Shown piece by piece: positions 9,474 through 19,210 of a stretch of 32,000 nucleotides of DNA (position 1 is the stretch's first letter; each line of letters begins with the position of its first letter). Position numbers and translations under genes: made by a program. Source of the DNA: Planctomycetales bacterium (GTDB taxonomy: Bacteria > 4484-113 > JAFGCY01); assembly GCA_022646745.1 (NCBI GenBank), contig CP060262.1, forward strand, positions 3,540,001-3,572,000, written 5' to 3'. The notes under the pieces are model-generated. The model did not search any database and was not told where the DNA came from. It worked only from the letters and a program-made list of their open reading frames with translations.

Positions 9474-10844
9474 GTGCAGAATTCGACCCCCCAGCTGCTG
9501 CCCATCGGCATCGGCGAACGTTTCCAGCGATTCTTCCAGTTGGAGTCGGCCTCCGGCATCCTGCTGCTGCTCTGTGCGATCATCGCGCTGATCTGGGCCA
9601 ACTCCGGGGCCAGGGAAGGCTATGAAGCAATCTGGCACCAGCACCTGACCATCGGCCTCGACCAGCTCAACCTGCGCTACAGCCTGCATGAGTGGATCAA
9701 TGACGGCCTGATGGTGATCTTCTTCTTCGTTGTCGGCCTGGAGATCAAGCGCGAGTTCCTGGTCGGAGAGCTGAACGATGCAAAGAAGGCCGCGCTGCCG
9801 ATCATCGGCGCTGCCGGCGGCATGCTGGTTCCGGCACTGATCTACACGGCCTTCAACAACGGCACCCCCGCCATCCACGGTTGGGGTGTACCCGTAGCGA
9901 CCGACATCGCATTTGCGCTGACTATCCTTTCATTGCTCGGCAAGCGTGTACCACTGGGCCTGAAGGTGTTCCTGGCGGCGCTTGCCATCGTGGACGACCT
10001 TGGCGCTGTGGTGGTGATTGCGATCTTCTACACGGACCACCTGAACTTCATTGCGATGGGTCTGGCTGTACTTGGCCTCGGAATCCTGATGGTGTTCAAC
10101 CGCATGAACGTGATCCGGCCTGAACCGTATGCCATCGTCGGTGTGCTGGTCTGGCTGTCCGTGCTGCAGTCCGGGGTGCACGCGACGATCGCCGGCGTGC
10201 TGATCGCGCTGACCATTCCCGCCACTTCGCGGATTGACGTGCGTGACTTCCGCAAGGATGTTGAGCGGCTCTACAAGAAGTTCCTCGTGGTCGGCAAGAA
10301 AGGCCAGACGGACCGCCTGACCCATGAGCAGCAGGACATCGTGACCAGCATGGTGCTGAAGACCGAGGAAGTGCAGGCTCCGCTGGAGCGTTTCGAGCAT
10401 GCCCTGCAGCCCTTCGTGTCCTTCGTGATCATGCCGCTGTTCGCCCTGTCAAATGCCGGTGTGCACATCACCGGGGGGCTTGGCGTGATCTTCTCCAATC
10501 CGGTCTCACTAGGCGCATTCCTCGGCCTGCTGCTGGGCAAGGTGACCGGTGTGTTCGGGGCCTCGATGCTGTCGATCAAGCTCGGCCTGGCCAGCATGCC
10601 GCGCCGCACAACCATGCTGCAGTTCTTCGGAACGGCAATCGCCTGCGGTATCGGCTTCACGATGTCGCTGTTCATTGCCAACCTGGCATATGACAGCCAG
10701 GAGCACATCGACGATGCCAAGATCGGCGTGCTGACAGCTTCCGCCCTGGCCGGCATCATCAGCTACATGGTGATCCGCGCCGGCAGCAAGCAGGATGTGG
10801 ATGTCAATGAGGCCGAGGAAGATTCCAAGCCGGCCCACGCCTGA
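9474..10844 (+). CDS. nhaA: Na+/H+ antiporter NhaA
   Basis: 456 aa. RFFQLESASGILLLLCAIIALIWANS and HEWINDGLMVIFFFVVGLEIKREFLVGEL are hallmark NhaA blocks, as is AIVDDLGAVVVIAIFYT (the DD motif). GTG start. It has an extended cytoplasmic loop and an acidic C-terminal tail relative to E. coli NhaA. Confidence 0.93.
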   Translation: MQNSTPQLLPIGIGERFQRFFQLESASGILLLLCAIIALIWANSGAREGYEAIWHQHLTIGLDQLNLRYSLHEWINDGLMVIFFFVVGLEIKREFLVGELNDAKKAALPIIGAAGGMLVPALIYTAFNNGTPAIHGWGVPVATDIAFALTILSLLGKRVPLGLKVFLAALAIVDDLGAVVVIAIFYTDHLNFIAMGLAVLGLGILMVFNRMNVIRPEPYAIVGVLVWLSVLQSGVHATIAGVLIALTIPATSRIDVRDFRKDVERLYKKFLVVGKKGQTDRLTHEQQDIVTSMVLKTEEVQAPLERFEHALQPFVSFVIMPLFALSNAGVHITGGLGVIFSNPVSLGAFLGLLLGKVTGVFGASMLSIKLGLASMPRRTTMLQFFGTAIACGIGFTMSLFIANLAYDSQEHIDDAKIGVLTASALAGIISYMVIRAGSKQDVDVNEAEEDSKPAHA

Positions 10845-12149
10845 TCAGGCCTGGCGGTACTGCTCCACCAGTGAGCGCATCAGGCTCAAGTAGCCCTCCG
10901 CCATGCGCTGCTTGTTGTACCTGACGGCCATGCCCTCGTAGTTACGCAGGCCCATTTCGCGCCTGAGTTGCTCGTCGTCAGCCAGCTTCGTGATGGCAGC
11001 GCAGAACTCGTCAAAGCGCTCAACCGTGGAAGCGAAGATGCCGCCGCCGGCTTCCCTTTCGATCATGTCCTGCGGCAGGCCATGCGCATTGAACACCACC
11101 GGCAGCTTCGCCCCGGCGTAGTCATACATCTTGCCCGGGATCACGCCGCTGGTCGTACTGTTCCAGTTGATGTTGCCTGTGGAGTTGAGCAGGCCGATGC
11201 CGATGTCGGCGACGCTCAGCCAGTTAGGTACGTCGTCAGCCGGGACGAGCGGCAGGAAACGCAGGCGCCCAAGCCTGCGGCGGCCAGCCTCGGCGACGAT
11301 CTCCTCGCGGTCCGGCCCGTCAGCCATCACGAGGAACTCTATGTCTTCACGTCCCTGCATCTGGTCGGCGATGTCAACGATGTCAATCACCCGCTGGAAC
11401 TTGCCCATCTGCCCGATGTACATGCAGACCACCTGCTCCGGTGAAATGCCCAGTTCATTACGGATGCGGCCACGGGCCTGCGGGTCGATGTTGTCAAAAC
11501 GCGGCAGCCAGATCCCGTTCGTGAACATGCTGCACTGCTCGCGCGGCTTGAGCCCGCGCTCGACGATGCTGTTGAGCGAGGTGCGCACCACGCCAACGAA
11601 GTGGTCAGCGGTGGTCACGAGACGGCGCTCCAGCCAGGCCAGGTACTGCACGGCGGGATGCCAGGCCGGGGCCAGCCCAAGCTGCACGATGCTTTCCGGC
11701 CAGAGGTCACGTTCCTCGATGACGGCGGGAATGCCCCACTTGCGCCTGGCAAGCAGCAGGGGCTCGGCGGCCCAGAGCGGCGGGGATGTGGCAACGATCA
11801 CGTCTGGCTTGTCCGGCCAGCTGCGCAGCACCCGCTGGCAGTTGCGCGACCACTGCATCTGGCTCCAGGCCTTGCCGGCAAAGCCCTTGCCATAGGTGGC
11901 GGCCTGCTTCACATGCACGACGCGGATCCGGTCGCGGCGCTCCCCTGCCCCCTCATCGTTGGATTCCACAAACAGGCCATTGCCTGTGTCCACGCGCAGC
12001 TCGCCGGTGTAGTGGTTGACGGTTCCGGTGAAAACCGTGATGCGCAACTCCGGGTCAGACTCCAGCCAGAGCTGGCAGAAGTCGTTGAAGCGCGTGTTCC
12101 CGGATTCACCGGGACGCAGGTAGTACATGTGGAAGAGCAGGATATGCAT
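10845..12149 (-). CDS. Glycosyltransferase family 4 (WcaI/WbuB-like)
   Basis: This is the C-terminal 434 codons of the 764-aa track ORF. The start is at the ATG (complement of 12147-12149), giving MHILLFHMYYLRPGESGNTRFNDF..., a typical GT4 N-terminus. RDLWPES and the C-terminal sugar-donor half (GKMYDYAGAKLPVVF) are present. The upstream 330 codons of the track ORF are antisense to wecB. Confidence 0.85.
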   Translation of the reverse strand: MHILLFHMYYLRPGESGNTRFNDFCQLWLESDPELRITVFTGTVNHYTGELRVDTGNGLFVESNDEGAGERRDRIRVVHVKQAATYGKGFAGKAWSQMQWSRNCQRVLRSWPDKPDVIVATSPPLWAAEPLLLARRKWGIPAVIEERDLWPESIVQLGLAPAWHPAVQYLAWLERRLVTTADHFVGVVRTSLNSIVERGLKPREQCSMFTNGIWLPRFDNIDPQARGRIRNELGISPEQVVCMYIGQMGKFQRVIDIVDIADQMQGREDIEFLVMADGPDREEIVAEAGRRRLGRLRFLPLVPADDVPNWLSVADIGIGLLNSTGNINWNSTTSGVIPGKMYDYAGAKLPVVFNAHGLPQDMIEREAGGGIFASTVERFDEFCAAITKLADDEQLRREMGLRNYEGMAVRYNKQRMAEGYLSLMRSLVEQYRQA

Positions 12150-12230
12150 GGGGCCAAGGACAGACAGCGCCAGTATACAACCGGCCTCCGTATTGCCCAC
12201 ACAATACGCGCGTGCTAACATTTGCCCCTC

Positions 12231-13343
12231 ATGCCAGTACTGAAGCTGCTTTTCGTGGTTGGCTCCCGTCCCCAGTTCCCCAAGGTGGCCGCCGTTGCAC
12301 GTGCGATTGCGAAGCATAACGCCTCCGGCGATGCGACGCAGATCGAGCACTGCCTGGTGCATACCGGGCAGCACTATGACGACAGCATGAACGACGTGTT
12401 CTTCCGTGAGCTGGAGCTGCGCAAGCCGGACTTCAACCTCGAGGTGGGCAGCGGCAGCATCGGCTACCAGACCGGGGCCTCCATCGAGCGGATCTACGAC
12501 ACGCTCGGCACATGGGTGCCGGACTGGGTGGTGGTGTTCGGCGACACGAATGCCACGCTGGCCGGCGGCATCGCGGCCCAGCAGCGCCACCTGCGGCTCG
12601 CGCATGTGGAGGCCGGCATCCGCACGGGCAACCTGCACCAGGCGGAGGAGCTGAACCGCGTGATCGTGGACCGCATCGCCGACCTGCGCTTCAGTGCCAC
12701 GGCGGCGACGCTCAACAACCTGTGGGATGAGAACCTGTCGGCGAACTCCTTCTTCGTCGGCGACACGATGCTCGATAACTACATGCACTTCCTGCCCAAG
12801 CGGGAAATGGGCTTCGCCGCCAGCATCGGCCTGAAGCCCGGGCACTACATCTACAGCACGATCCACCGCGCCGAGAACACAGACTACCCTGAGCGGCTCG
12901 GCGCAATCATCGACACGCTGATCGCTGTCAACAATGAGATGATGCCAGTGGTTATCCCGCTGCACCCGCGCACCAGGGCCGCGATTGAGCGCCTCGGGCG
13001 TACGGGGGAGCTTGAGGAAGCCGGCGTGAAGGTGATTGACCCGATCGGCTTCAACCGCAGCCAGTCCCTCGTGGAGGACTGCTACCTCGTCTACAGCGAC
13101 AGCGGCGGCCTGCTGCGCGAGGCCTGCTTCAGCGGGCACTTCTGCGTGATCCCATGGGAGTACACCACCTTCCCGGAGATCAATGAGGTCGGGATGGCGA
13201 ACTGCGGACGCGTGGTCAAGGATGAGATGCTCAAGCGCCTGTTTGACGCGCCCGGCCCGCAGGACCGCGAGTCAATCACGAACTTCGGCAATGGCACTGC
13301 AGGCGAGCAGATCGTGGCCAAGTTCGTCGAGCTGATCGGCTGA
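12231..13343 (+). CDS. wecB: UDP-N-acetylglucosamine 2-epimerase family (non-hydrolysing; WecB/WbpI-like)
   Basis: LLFVVGSRPQFPKVAAV, VHTGQHYDDSMNDVFF, VVVFGDTNATLAG, HVEAGIRTGN and SDSGGLLREA are signature blocks of the family. The ATG at 12231 is preferred over the TTG at 12222 used in the track. Confidence 0.88.
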   Translation: MPVLKLLFVVGSRPQFPKVAAVARAIAKHNASGDATQIEHCLVHTGQHYDDSMNDVFFRELELRKPDFNLEVGSGSIGYQTGASIERIYDTLGTWVPDWVVVFGDTNATLAGGIAAQQRHLRLAHVEAGIRTGNLHQAEELNRVIVDRIADLRFSATAATLNNLWDENLSANSFFVGDTMLDNYMHFLPKREMGFAASIGLKPGHYIYSTIHRAENTDYPERLGAIIDTLIAVNNEMMPVVIPLHPRTRAAIERLGRTGELEEAGVKVIDPIGFNRSQSLVEDCYLVYSDSGGLLREACFSGHFCVIPWEYTTFPEINEVGMANCGRVVKDEMLKRLFDAPGPQDRESITNFGNGTAGEQIVAKFVELIG

Positions 13344-13404
13344 GCCGCACAGCCGCGACGGGAATTGCGCATGCGCATCCTGTAATCTAGTCGCGGCACG
13401 CCGC

Positions 13405-14730
13405 ATGGACAAGGCTCCCACATCATTGCTGGACCGCCTGAAACGCAGGTTCACTGCAGGCAGCTTTGCACGGAACCTCGCACTGCTGGCCAGCGGTACG
13501 GTGATCGGCCAGGCGCTGGTGCTGCTCTCCGCCCCGATCCTCTCGCGGCTCTACACGGAGCATGACTTCGGCATCCTCGGCGTGTACATCTCCGTCGTGA
13601 CCATCCTCAATGCGGTCAGCTCGCTCAGGCTGGACCAGGCGATCCCGATGCCTGACAATGACGAGGATGCTGCGCTTTTGCTGCGGCTCTCACTGTGGAT
13701 CACGCTGTGGTTCTCACTCGTGGCAGGCGGGATCATCTGGCTGTTGCGGGTGCCGATCGCGCAGTGGAAGGATGAGCCGGAGCTGGCGAAGTACCTCTGG
13801 CTGATCCCGGTGACCCTGCTGGGCTTCGGCATCTACCGTTCGCTGACAGCCTGGGCGGTGCGCAAGGAGATCTACAAGCAGCTGGCAGCCACGCGCATCC
13901 TGCGTGCACTGGGGCAGGTACTGGTGCAGGTCGGGCTGGGATTCCTGGTGCATGGATCGCTTGGCCTGATCCTCGGTAACGCGGCGGGGCAGTGGACAGG
14001 CATCGGTCGGCTGTGGATCCCGGTGCGTGAGGCCAGCAAGCGGCTCGTGAAGCAGAAAGGGGACTTTCGCAGGCTGTGGGCCCGCTACATCAAGTTCCCG
14101 CTGTACAGCAGCCCCTCAGCGCTCCTGGTGACAATTCCGCGGCAGATACCGAACATCCTGTTCGTGGATTATTTCGGACTTGGTGAGGCCGGTTTCCTGT
14201 TCTTCGCCACCCGCATCCTGCGCCAGCCGGCTGCACTGCTGTCGGAGTCCATCAGCCAGGTCTTCCTTGGCCGGGCGGCCCGCCTGCTGAACGAGGACCC
14301 GGGCAAGCTCAGCCACCTGTACTTCTCCACCGTGCGCCGGATGCTGCTGATCGCCCTGATCCCGGCGGCGATCCTCGTGCTGGCCGGACCCTGGCTGGTG
14401 CACTGGATCTTCGGTGAGCGCTGGCTGGACAGCGTGTTCTACATCCAGGTGATGGCAGTCGTGCTGATTGCGGAAATCACAGTCAGCTCCACCTCGCCGA
14501 TCATGAGCGTGCTGGAGAAGCAGGACTGGCAGCTGAGCGGGGATGTTATCCGCACGCTGCTGGTGATTGCCTCGCTGGTGGTGCCGCACTACCTCGGCTG
14601 GACGGCGCATGAGACGATCGTCAGCTATGCCGTGACAATGATCTTCTGCTACATGGTCTACTTCAGCATCTTCAGCCGGGCGGTACTGCTAAAATCACGG
14701 GAAGTCGCGGCTGAACAGGCTGACGGCTGA
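13405..14730 (+). CDS. Wzx-type oligosaccharide flippase (polysaccharide biosynthesis protein, MOP superfamily)
   Basis: 441 aa and polytopic. The N-terminus FARNLALLASGTVIGQALVLLSAPILSRLYTEHDFGILGVYISVV is typical of Wzx-like flippases. It sits in the polysaccharide locus. Confidence 0.82.
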   Translation: MDKAPTSLLDRLKRRFTAGSFARNLALLASGTVIGQALVLLSAPILSRLYTEHDFGILGVYISVVTILNAVSSLRLDQAIPMPDNDEDAALLLRLSLWITLWFSLVAGGIIWLLRVPIAQWKDEPELAKYLWLIPVTLLGFGIYRSLTAWAVRKEIYKQLAATRILRALGQVLVQVGLGFLVHGSLGLILGNAAGQWTGIGRLWIPVREASKRLVKQKGDFRRLWARYIKFPLYSSPSALLVTIPRQIPNILFVDYFGLGEAGFLFFATRILRQPAALLSESISQVFLGRAARLLNEDPGKLSHLYFSTVRRMLLIALIPAAILVLAGPWLVHWIFGERWLDSVFYIQVMAVVLIAEITVSSTSPIMSVLEKQDWQLSGDVIRTLLVIASLVVPHYLGWTAHETIVSYAVTMIFCYMVYFSIFSRAVLLKSREVAAEQADG

Positions 14731-14736
14731 CACGAC

Positions 14737-15357
14737 ATGGGAATCTTCCGCCAACTCACGCTTCTGGTCATCAAGCCGGCCTGCCGCATGGCCTTTGACA
14801 GGCGCTACCTGCAGGGCCGCTGGTTCGAGGGGCGCGACACGGGATGGAAGTGGGCCTGGCGTTCGCTGTGGCAGCAGAAGTTCGGCGGGCGCAACCGCAA
14901 CGTGCCCTGGCCGGTCAGCGAGAACACGGTCATCGCGGCACCATCGCGGCTGGAATTCCACCCGGACGACCTGAACAACTTCCAGTCCTTCGGGCAGTAC
15001 TACAACAACAATAATGGCGGCTGGATCCGCATCGGGCGCGGCAGCTACATCGGACCCAACGTCGGCATTGTCACTTCAAACCACACGATTTACGAGCTCG
15101 ATGAGCACGACCCTCCGCAGGATGTGACGATCGGCGAGTCCTGCTGGATCGGCATGAACGCTGTGATCCTGCCGGGGGTGACACTGGGGCCGCATACCGT
15201 GGTGGCAGCCGGCAGCGTGGTCGGGCGCAGCTACCCGAAGGGGCATGTGGTGCTTGTGGGCAACCCGGCCCGGGTCAGCATGAAACTGGAGCGGCACCCG
15301 GATGGGGTGGAGCCGAAGGTGTCGCAGGAGATGCTGGCGGACCAGGCCGGCGAATAG
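14737..15357 (+). CDS. Left-handed beta-helix (hexapeptide-repeat) acetyltransferase, WcaF/Maa-like
   Basis: The hexapeptide repeats IGRGSYIGPNVGIVTSNH...TIGESCWIGMNAVILPGVTLGPHTVVAAGSVVGRS are characteristic of sugar O/N-acetyltransferases. It starts 6 nt after the flippase stop. Confidence 0.87.
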   Translation: MGIFRQLTLLVIKPACRMAFDRRYLQGRWFEGRDTGWKWAWRSLWQQKFGGRNRNVPWPVSENTVIAAPSRLEFHPDDLNNFQSFGQYYNNNNGGWIRIGRGSYIGPNVGIVTSNHTIYELDEHDPPQDVTIGESCWIGMNAVILPGVTLGPHTVVAAGSVVGRSYPKGHVVLVGNPARVSMKLERHPDGVEPKVSQEMLADQAGE

Positions 15358-15384
15358 CGCCGCGGCTATAATCCTCGCAGCCCC

Positions 15385-16767
15385 ATGTATCCGGTCCCGT
15401 CTGACAATTACATCTTCACGAACACCGCTCAGTCCACGACTGATGCGCGTGGCCGCGCGCTGCTGGTGGCCTACAAGTTCCCGCCGCATGATGTCGGCGT
15501 GGCCCAGCACCGGCCGGAGGCGCTGTACCGGCACCTGGCGGACTACGGCTGGCAGTGCGATGTGATCACGGCTGAGCGGCCTGGCACTCCGGCTGATGTG
15601 GTGCAGACGCCGGACCGCTCCTGGACGCGCAGCGTGAAGGAAGATGGCAGCGCCGAGGCGGCCCTGAAGCAGAAGCTGATCATGGGCAGCCGTACGGGAT
15701 TTGGACCCTTCAAGCGGCGGATCGTAAGCAATGTGAAACTGCTGATGCGGCTGCAGCCGAAGTGGCATGATGAGTTCGCCGGCTGGAGCTACAGTATCGA
15801 GGACACGATCATGAACACGGCGCGGGAGCGTGGCAGCGAAGTGCTGTGGGTCACCTGCAGCCCGTATACGCTTGCTCCCGTGGCAATCAAGTGCGCCCGC
15901 GCGCTGGGCATCCCATGCGTGATAGACCTGCGCGACCCCCTGCCGCACTACCTGCACTTTCCTCGGGGCACCGGGCACTGGTTCTACCGGGCGCTGGCAG
16001 CGGCGGATGCCGTGACCTGTGCGGCACCCTGCTGCATCACACGTGAACTGCTGGATGTGCGGGCCAGTGCGAAACGGCCGGGGATAGTGGAGATCCCTAG
16101 TGGATCATGGCAACATGAGCATGTGGCGATGCAGCCAAGCGGAAAGTTCACGCTGCTGCATGCCGGCACGCTTGTCAACGGCGGCCGCAGCCCGCAGCCC
16201 CTGTTCGAGGCGGTGGCAATGCTCAGGGAGCGGATCACGGAGATTGCCAATGACCTGCGGATCGTATTCATCGGCGGGGACAGCGGCGTGGTCAGGGACT
16301 TCCCTGGATACGAGGCCGTGTCGAGCCAGGTCGAGATCCATGGACAGAAGCCCTATGCGGAAGTGAAGAAGATAATGGCAACGGCCTCGATGCTCGTGAT
16401 CATCAAGCTCGACGGCGACGTATACAGCGATGCGCTGCCGGCCAAGATGTACGACTACCTGCCCTACGAGGCACCGGTGCTCAGCTTCGGGATGGGACCG
16501 GGACTGCAGGGGCCGCTCCTGGGCTGGAGCAATGCCGGGCACTGGCTGGGCAGTGCTGCGGAGATCGCTGCCTTCATTGAGGAGCACTACCGCCAGTGGC
16601 AGGAGCAAGGCGTTGCCAGCCGCGAGCGCAATGCGGAGGCGATCGCCTACCTCGGGCAGTCGCGCATGGCGGGGGACTTCGCCGCGATCTTCGACGCGGT
16701 GAAGCAAGACGGGCCGGTTGATGAAATGACGGTGCTGCCCTGGGGCCGGGACAGCCGGGGGGCCTGA
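15385..16767 (+). CDS. Glycosyltransferase (GT-B fold, GT4-like)
   Basis: 460 aa. The N-terminus is RALLVAYKFPPHDVGVAQHRPEALYRHLADYGWQCDVIT. The C-terminal donor-binding half has LLHAGTL...FIGGD... and LPAKMYDYLPYEAPVLSF (EX7E-like region). The locus context supports the call. Confidence 0.7.
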   Translation: MYPVPSDNYIFTNTAQSTTDARGRALLVAYKFPPHDVGVAQHRPEALYRHLADYGWQCDVITAERPGTPADVVQTPDRSWTRSVKEDGSAEAALKQKLIMGSRTGFGPFKRRIVSNVKLLMRLQPKWHDEFAGWSYSIEDTIMNTARERGSEVLWVTCSPYTLAPVAIKCARALGIPCVIDLRDPLPHYLHFPRGTGHWFYRALAAADAVTCAAPCCITRELLDVRASAKRPGIVEIPSGSWQHEHVAMQPSGKFTLLHAGTLVNGGRSPQPLFEAVAMLRERITEIANDLRIVFIGGDSGVVRDFPGYEAVSSQVEIHGQKPYAEVKKIMATASMLVIIKLDGDVYSDALPAKMYDYLPYEAPVLSFGMGPGLQGPLLGWSNAGHWLGSAAEIAAFIEEHYRQWQEQGVASRERNAEAIAYLGQSRMAGDFAAIFDAVKQDGPVDEMTVLPWGRDSRGA

Positions 16768-16768
16768 G

Positions 16769-17881
16769 TTGCCTCGCGCGGTGCATGTGACGACGGTCCA
16801 CAACCTGTTTGACAACCGCATCTTCATGAAGGAATGCGCCTCCCTGCGTGACAATGGCTGGGATGTTGTGCTGGTGGCGCAGCATGATAAAGACGAAACG
16901 GTGGACGGGATAAGCATTCGCGCACTGCCGAAGGCCCGCAACCGGATGCAGCGCATGCGCGAGCTGCCACCGCTGGCAATGCGGATCGCTCTGGAGGAAC
17001 AGCCGGACATCCTGCACTTCCACGACCCGGAACTGCTGCCGGTGGCGGCGAAGCTGGCGACGCAGGGCAAGCGTGTCTTGTACGACATGCATGAGAACAT
17101 CCTGAAGGACATCCTCACCAAGCCCTGGATCAGGCCCGCCATGCGGCCGCTTGTGAGCAGCTACATGCGGATGCGGATGAAGGGCTGGCTCAGCAGGTTG
17201 CGGGTGGTCTTCGCGGAGGAGAGCTATGCAGCGGACTACCCCTACGTTGCCAATTACACGACGGTGCTGAACATGCCCCGGCTGGAAGTGCTGTCAACGA
17301 TTGAAACGGAACGGGCAGCGCAGCCAACCCTGGCATATGTGGGCGGACTGACGGAAGTACGCGGCAGCCTGCGCATGCTGAAGCTCATGGCCGGCCTGCA
17401 GGCGAACGGGATTGATGCAGCGCTGGAACTGGTCGGTCCGGCTGATGCAGCACACAAGGCGCAGCTGGATGGAATGATCAGCGAGCTTGGCATCAGGCAT
17501 GTACGCTTCCACGGTTTCCAGCGCGCGGACAGTGCCTGGCCATTGGTGGCAGGCAGCCATGCCGGGCTGGCACTTTTGAGCCGCATCCCGAATTACGAGC
17601 ACAGTTACCCAAGCAAGGTGTTTGAATACATGGCACTGGGCCTGCCTGTGATCACCTCTGACTTCGAGCTGTATAAGGATCTGGTAGAAGCCAACGGGGC
17701 CGGGATCTGCGTCAATCCTGACGACGAGAATGAGGTGCTGGATGCGGCGATGCTGATCCTGACGGACAGCGAGGCTGCGGCTGAAATGTCAGCGGCGGGC
17801 CGGCGGGCGGCGGCGGAGAAGTACAGCTGGGCAAACGAGGAACAGAAACTGTTGGCGCTGTATCAGGACATGCTGGGCTGA
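16769..17881 (+). CDS. Glycosyltransferase family 4
   Basis: VHVTTVHNLFDNRIFMKECASLRDNGWDVVLV is the N-terminus of a common EPS GT4 subgroup. The C-terminal motif is YPSKVFEYMALGLPVITSDF. The TTG start at 16769 lies directly after the upstream TGA, suggesting translational coupling. In-frame GTG at 16781 is an alternative start. Confidence 0.85.
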   Translation: MPRAVHVTTVHNLFDNRIFMKECASLRDNGWDVVLVAQHDKDETVDGISIRALPKARNRMQRMRELPPLAMRIALEEQPDILHFHDPELLPVAAKLATQGKRVLYDMHENILKDILTKPWIRPAMRPLVSSYMRMRMKGWLSRLRVVFAEESYAADYPYVANYTTVLNMPRLEVLSTIETERAAQPTLAYVGGLTEVRGSLRMLKLMAGLQANGIDAALELVGPADAAHKAQLDGMISELGIRHVRFHGFQRADSAWPLVAGSHAGLALLSRIPNYEHSYPSKVFEYMALGLPVITSDFELYKDLVEANGAGICVNPDDENEVLDAAMLILTDSEAAAEMSAAGRRAAAEKYSWANEEQKLLALYQDMLG

Positions 17882-19206
17882 GCAGGCAGGGCGGTGGCTG
17901 AATCCTGCCGCTGTTCAAGCTTCACAGGCTCACCCCTGCGCAGGGCGCAGACCGCCATCATCCCGAGGAAGGCCCAGAACAGCTTGTTGTCATTCAGGTC
18001 GCCGGAGATATTGGCATTGATGAAGGCACTCAGCAGCTGGGCGGCAGCCAGCATCATCCAGGGTTCGCGCTGCAGCACGCGCTTCGGTGGCAGCAGGCGC
18101 CAGGCGTAGAACAGCATGCCAACGAACATCAGCAGGCCGATGATCCCCAGCTCGAAGAACACCTCGAGGAAGATGTTGTGGGGATAGGCACGGATGTCGC
18201 CACGGCCGTTGAGCACAGGCCAGCTGCCGATGCCCCGGCCCCAGATCGGTGATTCATCCACCATCGCCCAGGTGGCGGCATAGCCACCGAAGCGGGTGCT
18301 GCCCTCGAAGCCTTCCTCCTGCGCCTCCTGCAGGCGCTGCAGGGTGCGGGGCAGCTCAGCTCCGGAGGTGACGAAGTAGAACACCACCCCGAGCACCATG
18401 CACAGGGCTGTGATTGCCAGCAGCAGGCGAAGTGTGATCTGGCGGATGTTACGGGCCGGACGCAGGTTGGCAAGCACGATCCAGCCGCAGGCGACCGTCA
18501 TCGCGAGGAAGGGCCCGCGGCTGCCGATGCCGAGCATCAATACGGCGTACATCAGGATCGCGCCGGCACCGAGCAGCTTCTGCCAGGTGCCACGCAGGAA
18601 GTAGACGTAGTAGGCAACAAGTACCAGCATTCCCGGGCCGATCACGCGGCCGAGGCCGAGGTAGTTGGTGCTCAGGGAGGTCACCACAAAGCCGCGGATG
18701 CCGCTGCGGGCCGCCAGCAGCAGGGCCAGCGCGCTTTCGATAGCGATCCACAGCGAGAACAGCATCAGCACAACGAAGAAGCGGCGCACACGCACCCGCT
18801 CATGGCTGACAATCAGCGCAAAGGAGGCCAGCGGCCAGAGTGTCAGGCTCGCCAGCAGAGCCACCTTGCGCAGGCTGTAGTTGATGCTCGGTGACCAGAG
18901 GTATGACAGCAGCGCCCAGATCACGAACAGGATCGCCATCCCGGTGATCACCACAGCCTCCCGGCGGAACACCAGGCCGCGGCGCACCAGCAGGTACATA
19001 CCCGTGACGAAGCTCAGTCCGAATGTCAGCACCGTGATGTCGCCCGGGATCCAGGCGAAGCGGGCATCCTCCTTGTAGATGCCGGCGAACAGGAACATCA
19101 CAAGGGTCATTTCAAAGGAGAAGATCACGCCGAGCTGGCGCATCAGGAAGTCGAGGCTGAAGCTTATGCGCCCCAGTCCCTGTTCAGTGGTGACGGCGCT
19201 GTCCAT
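17863..19206 (-). CDS. O-antigen ligase/polymerase family membrane protein (Wzy_C-type)
   Basis: 447 aa and polytopic. It has a periplasmic loop followed by YPHNIFLEVFFELGIIGLLMFVGMLF, typical of the Wzy/WaaL family. Its 3' end overlaps the convergent GT4 gene by 19 nt. It starts 4 nt after the PCP stop. Confidence 0.82.
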   Translation of the reverse strand: MDSAVTTEQGLGRISFSLDFLMRQLGVIFSFEMTLVMFLFAGIYKEDARFAWIPGDITVLTFGLSFVTGMYLLVRRGLVFRREAVVITGMAILFVIWALLSYLWSPSINYSLRKVALLASLTLWPLASFALIVSHERVRVRRFFVVLMLFSLWIAIESALALLLAARSGIRGFVVTSLSTNYLGLGRVIGPGMLVLVAYYVYFLRGTWQKLLGAGAILMYAVLMLGIGSRGPFLAMTVACGWIVLANLRPARNIRQITLRLLLAITALCMVLGVVFYFVTSGAELPRTLQRLQEAQEEGFEGSTRFGGYAATWAMVDESPIWGRGIGSWPVLNGRGDIRAYPHNIFLEVFFELGIIGLLMFVGMLFYAWRLLPPKRVLQREPWMMLAAAQLLSAFINANISGDLNDNKLFWAFLGMMAVCALRRGEPVKLEQRQDSATALPAQPSMS

Positions 19207-19210
19207 CGGC

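Noticed and set aside
12150-13139. The N-terminal 330 codons of the 764-aa track ORF 10845-13139.
   Set aside because: This part is antisense to the clearly recognisable WecB-family gene and has no glycosyltransferase features. The true GT4 gene starts at MHILLFHMYY (12149).
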